This document shows, piece by piece, positions 55,747 to 64,000 of a stretch of DNA of 64,000 bases (position 1 is its first letter; every line of letters starts with the position of its first letter). Source of the stretch: Eledone cirrhosa (taxonomy: Eukaryota); the NCBI GenBank assembly GCA_964016885.1, contig OZ024742.1, positions 286,688,001-286,752,000 on the forward strand. Reading direction: 5' to 3'. The notes under the pieces were generated by a model. That model saw only the letters and a program-made list of their open reading frames with translations, searched no databases and was not told where the DNA came from. Both the position numbers and the translations under genes were made by a program.

Positions 55747-56035
55747 CAGTCATGGGCAACCTGCGGCCCGCGAAGCTTTCTGAATGGCTCGCCTTAATCA
55801 CCTAAGTGAAATCTTTCTGATTTTTTTACCCCAACTTTTCAGTCGTAATTTATCTTTCTATCATTTTTATGATCGAAGAAAACAACGTGTACGAATTCTG
55901 AAGAAACAAATCAAAACAACCTGATTACCGCCCTTTTTTTAATGTGGGCACGAATGTAAGTTAGCGCTTGCGACCCACCTGATGATGGGCCATATCTCAT
56001 GCGGCCCGCTTCTCGAAATAGGTTGCCCACGCCTG
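55747..56035. mobile_element. hAT-type MITE
   Basis: TIRs CAGTCATGGGCAACCT / AGGTTGCCCACGCCTG with an exact 8-bp TSD CTTTAGAG on both sides. Confidence 0.9.
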
Positions 56036-56125
56036 CTTTAGAGTAAAGCCATTATATATATACACACTATATATATATATATATACACTATATACACCAC
56101 ACTAACCAACAAACAGACAACACGC

Positions 56126-56172
<47 letters not shown>

Positions 56173-56495
56173 ATATAGAGGGGAAAAACACCTACCGGGG
56201 CGAATTGGAACCCACTAAATGGCTAAACAATCTCTTGGTGAGTTTGTACATGTGTGATTTAGGTATGAGGTTGGTTTCTCATTTTAATTTATACTTTTAA
56301 TTTTAATGTTTTTCCTATGCCTCTATTAGCTTATATTCTCTTCACACTGGTGGTTTGAAATTTCTGTAAAGGAAAACACACTCTCCTGTGTTTTTCCCCT
56401 CTATATATTGTATTTTAAAGTGCCCAGGAAAACTCTTTCCTTTGAGCTCATTTAATTACAGGATTATATGCGAGTCCTTTACTCGGTTATCTTAC

Positions 56496-56562
<67 letters not shown>

Positions 56563-57201
56563 GGTAAACAGAAATAACAACACAATCGGTACAGTATATG
56601 GAAGGGATATATTAGGTTAACGCTTGATATAGCAGGAAGAGGGTGTTAACGTTTCGGAATACTATATACAACAATATACAACAGAGAGACGAGACAACTA
56701 TATACACAACTATATACACAACTCTATACACTATATATATAGACTATATACACCACACTAACCAACAGAGAGACAAGACGACAAGACACCACTATATATA
56801 TATATATATATATATTTTCAAGTAAAAAGAAATTCAAACACTCATATATGAAAAAACAACCTGTGACAACCCCCCCCTCTCTTATTTGAAGAACTATTGT
56901 AACGCGAACTGGCGCGAAATTTATTATAATTATGGACAAACCAATCAAATTACTTCTCGAAAAACCTGGCTTTCGAGCCACTTTTTCCATATAAAACAAG
57001 TAACATTTAGAGACCAACCAGATGTGAGGAAAAGCAGAAGAACTGCGAAACCGGTAAAGGAACCAAATAAATATATATATTTTTTGAAAAAAATAAGACT
57101 TCAGTTGCATTTTCGATTTCATCTCTTTTTCTTTATACTTCCACTCGTGTAGGACACCTCGGTTATTTTTCATTTTATAAAAAAAACCTCACTTTCTAAT
57201 A

Positions 57202-57237
<36 letters not shown>

Positions 57238-57245
57238 CATATATA

Positions 57246-57349
<104 letters not shown>

Positions 57350-57411
57350 ACAGAGAGACAAGTCAACTATATACAACATGTTATATACACTATATATACA
57401 AGAATAAACGA

Positions 57412-57575
57412 GTCTTCTTCTTGACGTGTCCAGAACTTGGCTAGATGTGGTTCCGCCACAGCTAAACACATGCTGACATTTCTCTGCCAAGTCCAATGCT
57501 GTGCAGGGGTCTTCCAGTCGGGGACATATCAAGAGATGCTGAGTAGTTTGTGGTTCGATGCTGCAGTCACACACA
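57412..57575 (-). mobile_element. RTEX-like LINE 3' fragment
   Basis: [30 protein letters not shown]. Confidence 0.65.
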
Positions 57576-58255
57576 ACGTCCCCATTTTTTAAATATCCCC
57601 ATTTTGAAACTCATAGCTGAAACTCATTTGAATGGTCATCTACACCACACTACACCACACCACACCACACCACACCACACCACACCACACCACACCACAC
57701 TACACTACACTAAGGAATGGGATCCGCTAAGTTGATAATAGCCATAACATACCGAATGTCATATCGGTGCACCTACGACTCCATTAGGTTTTAAGCTCTC
57801 TTTCTTCCTTTTGTTCGTTTGTGTGTGTGTATGTGTGTCTGAATATGTGTATGTGTGTGTATGTGTATGAATGTGTATGTGTGCGTATGTGTGTGTATGT
57901 ATGTGTGTGCTTGTATGTATGTGTATGTGTGTATGCATATGTGTATGTATGTGTATGTGTGTATGTGTTTGTATGTGTATGTATGTGTATGTGTGTGTAT
58001 GCGTGTATGTGTGTATGTGTGTACCAAGTCTGAGGGTCACTTTAGAAAGAACAAGTTCAACATTGTCTGAGAACTATTCTAAGTATCTGATTAGTGATTG
58101 GCTGGAACAAACTAAGAAGCAGTAGTACTACCACCTCTCTACACATCATCACATTATTCTCTCTCTCTCTCACTCTCTCTTTCTCTCTCTATATATACAT
58201 ATTATATATATATATATACACACATATATATATATATAAACATATATACATAAAT

Positions 58256-58337
<82 letters not shown>

Positions 58338-58340
58338 TAT

Positions 58341-58402
<62 letters not shown>

Positions 58403-58468
58403 AGTCAGGACCCCGACGGCTGAGCTCTTGCCGTTTCATATATATATATAACAAAATTTAATAGAGGG

Positions 58469-58564
58469 CTTCTACAGGACTAGAACTCTCTCATTCGAAG
58501 CAAATCATCAGGAAAGCTTTCCTGATGATTTCCCTCGAATGAAACAGTTCCAGTCCTGTAGAAA
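58469..58564. ncRNA. Back-to-back HHR pair (plus copy 58518-58564 intact; minus copy with mutated GAAA)
   Basis: Centre AAAGCTTT. Plus copy: TTTC-CTGATGA-TTTCCCTCGAAT-GAAACAG..CTGTA-GAAA. Confidence 0.8.
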
Positions 58565-58651
58565 CCACTGGTATATTAAACTTTGTTATATATACTCTAC
58601 TAATGTATTGAGTGCCTTAGTTACTGTGGTTACCCCCGTTTGAACCCGGGA

Positions 58652-58776
<125 letters not shown>

Positions 58777-58969
58777 AATAGACATTGGTACATATACACA
58801 CAATCAAATATTCCAATACCATGTTTCTTTGACAAAAGACACAACACGTAAACAGAGAAAACAAACACATACACACACATTCAAGCACACACACACACAC
58901 ATACATACGCTTAACTGTTGAACCTGACACCATGAGTAACAGTAAAGAAACGTATAGGTGTAAAGCTGT

Positions 58970-59100
58970 CAGAGTGAGAGAGAGAGAGGGAGAGAGTCAG
59001 GTTGGCAGTAAGATACAAAGAGACAGAGAGTGAGGGGAGAAAGACAGAGAGAGAGAGAGTGAGAAAGAGTGACTCGGAGAGAGAGTGAGAAAGAGTGACT

Positions 59101-59179
<79 letters not shown>

Positions 59180-59213
59180 GTAGGCAGTGAGATAGAAAAA
59201 GACAGAGAGTGAG

Positions 59214-59265
<52 letters not shown>

Positions 59266-59281
59266 GTGAGAAAGAGTGACT

Positions 59282-59318
<37 letters not shown>

Positions 59319-59412
59319 AGTCAGGCAGATAGACAGTGAGAGAGAGAGAGAGGGGAAGAGAGAGAAAGGAAGAGTGTGTGAGTGTGAGAGAGAGAGAAAA
59401 AAGAAAGAGTGT

Positions 59413-59443
<31 letters not shown>

Positions 59444-59444
59444 A

Positions 59445-59508
<64 letters not shown>

Positions 59509-59680
59509 GCGAGAGATAGCAAGATTGTATGCGTGAGAGAGAAAGAAAGAAAGAGTGAGAAGGAGAGTAAGAAAGTATGTGTGTAAGAGAGAGAGACGGT
59601 GAAAGAAAGAGTGTGTGTGTATGTGGATGTGTGTGAGAGAGGGAAATAGAGATAGAAAGAGAGAGAGAAAGAGAGAGAGG
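58970..59680. repeat. (GA)n/(GT)n low-complexity block
   Basis: Direct reading. Confidence 0.95.
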
Positions 59681-59849
59681 GTGGGTAATGTTTGTTTCAA
59701 TAGGTTTTGTTTCTTCAAGAGACCAATCCAAATTTCTACTTATCTACTGAATTTTTAAACCAAATAATTAAAAAACGTGTCGGATTGCTAAACTAAAATC
59801 CGAATTTGTGGTACCAGGTGACACAAACACAGGCTTGTGTCGTGTTCTC

Positions 59850-59889
<40 letters not shown>

Positions 59890-60065
59890 TATTTTCTTGT
59901 GTCATTGTTGGTGACGTCTAAAATAGCCAAGTAGACATTTTGTTCTGCCTTTCGTTTCGGCTTTGTTTTATATAATTAACATACTTCACTTCAAACAAGT
60001 TTATAAAACATTTCGTCAATTATACACTATTTCTTCGTGTACTTTCACGCTCATTCACACACACA

Positions 60066-60114
<49 letters not shown>

Positions 60115-60307
60115 AGACATATACATACACACATATCTATATATTTATATATAAAACGCTTTTAATCATGAACGGAAAGGGTTATTGCTCATAACTCTCT
60201 TCGCGGACTCCGAAATTGGTGGAAGGTAGGGCGGTATCCCCGAACCAAAGACTTAGCCTGAATCCTGGAAACTATGATGGGTGTGTGTGTGTATGTGTGC
60301 ATATATA

Positions 60308-60380
<73 letters not shown>

Positions 60381-60584
60381 AGGATGAATATAAAATGAAA
60401 GTGCTTTTGTTAAAAAAGGAATTTGTTAAAAAAGGAATTTATTAGGTAACAAAAGCACTTTCATTTTATATTCATCCTTTCTACATTTCTCCGGAATATA
60501 ATTTATACTCGTTGAGCAAACCTGCACGTACGCTGTTCATCTCTAACGTAACGATATATTATCACTACATTATTGATAACCTGA

Positions 60585-60624
<40 letters not shown>

Positions 60625-60725
60625 GTGTGTGTGTATGTGTGTGTTATGGGTAAAATCCTGACCGTGGCCAAGTAGTCTCCTCAGTCTCAGCACCACAGAC
60701 TCTCTCTCTCTCTCTCTCTCTCTCT

Positions 60726-60775
<50 letters not shown>

Positions 60776-60873
60776 ATACTTTGCCAATAAAAACACATGC
60801 ACCTTTTGGTTTTCACTTCAATTTATTATAAATTTCCGGTTATAAATAGATAGATAGATAGATAGATAGTTAA

Positions 60874-60923
<50 letters not shown>

Positions 60924-60924
60924 C

Positions 60925-60956
<32 letters not shown>

Positions 60957-60957
<1 letters not shown>

Positions 60958-63900
60958 ATTTCTATTTATTTGCCACGAGGGCACAAAAGAAGGGGACATT
61001 TACACAGTGGGGGAGTTTACATAAATCGAGTAAAGAAAAAAGGAATAACAATAATAATATAACAATAAAAAGTCCTCAAAAGGGAGGGGGCGTGTTGGGG
61101 ATTGCACATACCCCGGAAAAGTGTGCAACTCTTTTCGCGGGGGAAGCCCAGAGAGGAGGCGCTCCCCCTTTCCTCTTCACTTCTTCACCTACAGAACAAT
61201 GTAGAGAGAAGGCCCATTTACACGGGCCATTCTCGCTTCTTTCACCCACCTTTCATAAAACTGTCTGGGACCAAGCACTTCTCTCTCCATCCTGATTCTT
61301 CTTCCGAAGTGGTATCGGAAGAAGTAAACCAGGTGATGGCCGGAGAGAAAGTCACCCGACCTCAGACCTTTCAGGCGCGTCCACCACACAACCTCTTTCA
61401 TCATGGCTATTACGCACAGAAAGACCGCCTCTGCTTCATTTCTGAAGGGAGGAGGCGGCTTGATGTTCACCACAGACTCGGCGGTTAATCGAATCGGCGC
61501 CACACGCGACAGCAGTCGTTCGACGTAGCCCCACAGATCGGCAACGCCCGGGCAGTGTACCAGTGCATGCGCAACGGTTTCCTCGTCGCGCACGCATCTG
61601 GGACAGATCTTTTTCGCGGGATCCCTGCCCGGGCGCCCGTGTCTGTAGAGCTTTTCTCGAACGGGCAGAGCCCCCCGGTAACACTGCCAGGCTAGGGACC
61701 TCTGGAAGTTGTCCATGGGTCCCGGGCCGAAAGTTCTACCGAACAGGCTGGCCAGTTCGTCCTCCTCCATGCCTAGCGACTCTCCAAGGGTGTCGTCGCC
61801 CCTGCTAGCCACCAACCCTCTATAGAATGTCGAGGTGGATTCTCCACTGACAGTCGGGTCCGCTTGCCAGATAGCCGTGAGCGCCTGGGCACACTCGGTG
61901 TGCCAGTTGCCCAGTTTTCTCGGTCTTTGCTTCACCCAGGATTGCAGTTCGGTGAGCGAGACGAGCTGTGGGAAGGCTCGCCTCACAAACGGGGCCCACA
62001 CCGGCTGACCGTTGAGGAATACCTGTAGATGCCGTAGCCTCAATGCGTGCCTACGCATCAACAGCCACGGCATACCCAGCCCTCCTTTCGAAGGGTGCTG
62101 GCAGCAGATGGATCTCCTCACCATGGGAGGCCGCTTCTTCCAGAGGAACTGGAAGAGCATGCGTTCCATGATGGTGAGCTTTTCCTTGGGGCAAGGCACG
62201 ACGGTCAGGCGGTAGTAGATGACGGACGCTATGTAAGCGTTCGTCACCTCCGCCCGACCTTTCAGTGATAGTTTGCACTTGGCCCACTTCTGGGTCAGCG
62301 CAAACACCCTGCTCGTCACCTCGCCCCAATTCTTCTCCACCTGGAGGTCCGGTCCGAACCAGACCCCGAGCAGCTTCACCGGGCCCTCCGTCCACCGCCC
62401 GACGACACCGTCTAACGGCATCGGTTTGCCCCTCCACGTTCCGAGTTGCAAACCGACTGACTTGTCTTGGTTCAGCTTAGCCCCCGTCAGCCTTTCGTAT
62501 TCCTCCAGTAGGGTGGCGATCGCCCCGATTTCCGAGGCGTCCGCCACCATTACTGTTACGTCGTCGGCATAGGCCGAGACCGCTTTGTGCAATCCCGGTT
62601 CCAGGGGTATGCCCCGCAGCAACTCCAACTTCCGCAGCAGTGGCTCGAGAGTCAATACGTACAGAAGGGAGGAGAGGGGGCACCCCTGTCTGATGGATCG
62701 GGTGATTTGAAACGGCTCCGAGAGGTAGCCGTTTACTTTAATCCTAGAGTAGATGTTGCCACTGTGCATGGCAGAAATCCAGCCCCTGAAAACGGGTCCG
62801 AAGCCCGCCGCCGCTAGCACCGCATCCAGGTAACCATGGTCGACCCTATCGAACGCCTTAGATTGATCCAAGTTGATCAGGGCCCCACCAAAGCCGGGTT
62901 CGTAGCCAACCCTCTCTATGATGTATCGCATGAGGTGGAGGTTGTCGTGAATGGACCTGGACGGGATAGCGCATGTCTGCGCGTCTCCCACCAAACCACC
63001 CACCACAAGCGCCAACCTCTTCGCCAACACCTTGGCCAAAATCTGTAACTCTGCATTCAGCAGAGTTATGGGCCTAAAGTTACTTAAGTCGTCCCCCTTG
63101 CTCTCGTCCTTCCTCACTAGCGTGACCACACCCTTGGTCACAGAACAGGGAATTCTCCCGTTCTGTTGCCAGTTGCAATAGACAGCCTCGAGGAGTTCGG
63201 AGAACAAGACCGGCATAGCTAAATAAAGTTCGTATGGTAGACCATCGAGACCCGGGGATTTGCGTCTGCTGCATTGGCTGAGCGCTTCCCCGATTTCAGT
63301 GTCTGTGATTGGCCTTTCGCAGCACTCCGCTTCGCCGCTCGAAAGACGCGGTAGACCGTCGAGGTATGGACCGAAGTCCACATCCCCGTCCGGCCCCCCG
63401 CCACCTCCGAACAGTCGAGCAAAGTGCCTTTGAAAGGTCTCGCACATTCGCTCAGGTTCAAGGATCACCCGTCCATCCTGGTCTCGCAAAGACCGAATGG
63501 TGGATTTAATCCCACTCTTGGCTTCTGTCACGCGGGCCCAGCTAACAGCTTTGGTCCCCTCGTTTCCTAAAGCACGTATTTTACTTCGGACAACGCAGCC
63601 TTCGTGCTTCGCGTCAAAGAACTGGCTCAATGCCGTTCTCGTCGCTAACACTCTGGCTACGTCTCCGCTCCTAATCGCCTCTTCTAGTTTATCTGTTAAC
63701 TCCCTTTCCCTCCTATTTCTATTCGCCGCTAGTTCCTTACTGTAACCTATCGAACTTACTCTAATCTCTCTCTTTAGAGATATCCACCACCTACTGTTGA
63801 CGATCGCTCCCGTCAACCGCATCTTAACTAAGCTACTAATCCGGTTTCTGTAATCTTTCTTTGTCGGTAAGGACAAGTTCATCTTCCAGTAACCGGGACC

Positions 63901-64000
63901 CTGTCTATGCGTTCTATCAAGGTTGACCACGCAGGTCACTAATTTGTGATCTGAATAGCCAACCATGATCAGTTCTGGACAACTAAATACGTCCCTATCC
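60957..64000 (-). mobile_element. Second Tx1/L1-clade LINE, 3' end abutting (GATA)n; continues beyond window
   Basis: Close but diverged homologue of 38246-41300. Confidence 0.93.
61189..63966 (-). CDS. LINE ORF2 (APE C-terminus, RT, C-terminal domain), uninterrupted for 925 aa, 5'-partial
   Basis: SDH, NFRPITLLN, LDQSKAFDRV, RQGCPLS, YADD, CPRC..HALVHC. Confidence 0.9.
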   Translation of the reverse strand: MVGYSDHKLVTCVVNLDRTHRQGPGYWKMNLSLPTKKDYRNRISSLVKMRLTGAIVNSRWWISLKREIRVSSIGYSKELAANRNRRERELTDKLEEAIRSGDVARVLATRTALSQFFDAKHEGCVVRSKIRALGNEGTKAVSWARVTEAKSGIKSTIRSLRDQDGRVILEPERMCETFQRHFARLFGGGGGPDGDVDFGPYLDGLPRLSSGEAECCERPITDTEIGEALSQCSRRKSPGLDGLPYELYLAMPVLFSELLEAVYCNWQQNGRIPCSVTKGVVTLVRKDESKGDDLSNFRPITLLNAELQILAKVLAKRLALVVGGLVGDAQTCAIPSRSIHDNLHLMRYIIERVGYEPGFGGALINLDQSKAFDRVDHGYLDAVLAAAGFGPVFRGWISAMHSGNIYSRIKVNGYLSEPFQITRSIRQGCPLSSLLYVLTLEPLLRKLELLRGIPLEPGLHKAVSAYADDVTVMVADASEIGAIATLLEEYERLTGAKLNQDKSVGLQLGTWRGKPMPLDGVVGRWTEGPVKLLGVWFGPDLQVEKNWGEVTSRVFALTQKWAKCKLSLKGRAEVTNAYIASVIYYRLTVVPCPKEKLTIMERMLFQFLWKKRPPMVRRSICCQHPSKGGLGMPWLLMRRHALRLRHLQVFLNGQPVWAPFVRRAFPQLVSLTELQSWVKQRPRKLGNWHTECAQALTAIWQADPTVSGESTSTFYRGLVASRGDDTLGESLGMEEDELASLFGRTFGPGPMDNFQRSLAWQCYRGALPVREKLYRHGRPGRDPAKKICPRCVRDEETVAHALVHCPGVADLWGYVERLLSRVAPIRLTAESVVNIKPPPPFRNEAEAVFLCVIAMMKEVVWWTRLKGLRSGDFLSGHHLVYFFRYHFGRRIRMEREVLGPRQFYERWVKEARMARVNGPSLYIVL

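Overview
Animal, repeat-dominated intergenic or intronic DNA. The SINE repertoire and extreme microsatellite load suggest an octopod cephalopod (inference). I could not support any host gene; nearly all ORFs in the track are microsatellite artefacts. Real coding remnants are all transposon-derived: four Penelope-like element (PLE) fragments (RT and/or GIY-YIG; two Naiad-like, two of another type), two Tx1/L1-clade LINEs in (GATA)n, a deleted mariner and two RTEX-like 3' ends. MITEs, many tRNA-derived SINEs and several satellites are also present. The main hidden signal, found by hand-folding, is about 17-19 type I hammerhead ribozyme (HHR) motifs from roughly 10 unrelated sequence families on both strands. 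Most lie a short distance from a (TA)n/(CA)n junction and many sit in fold-back palindromes. One pair forms a 316-nt-period direct repeat with a U3-A8 covariant core, a candidate retrozyme/circular RNA. Coordinates are hand-counted and ribozyme activity is untested.
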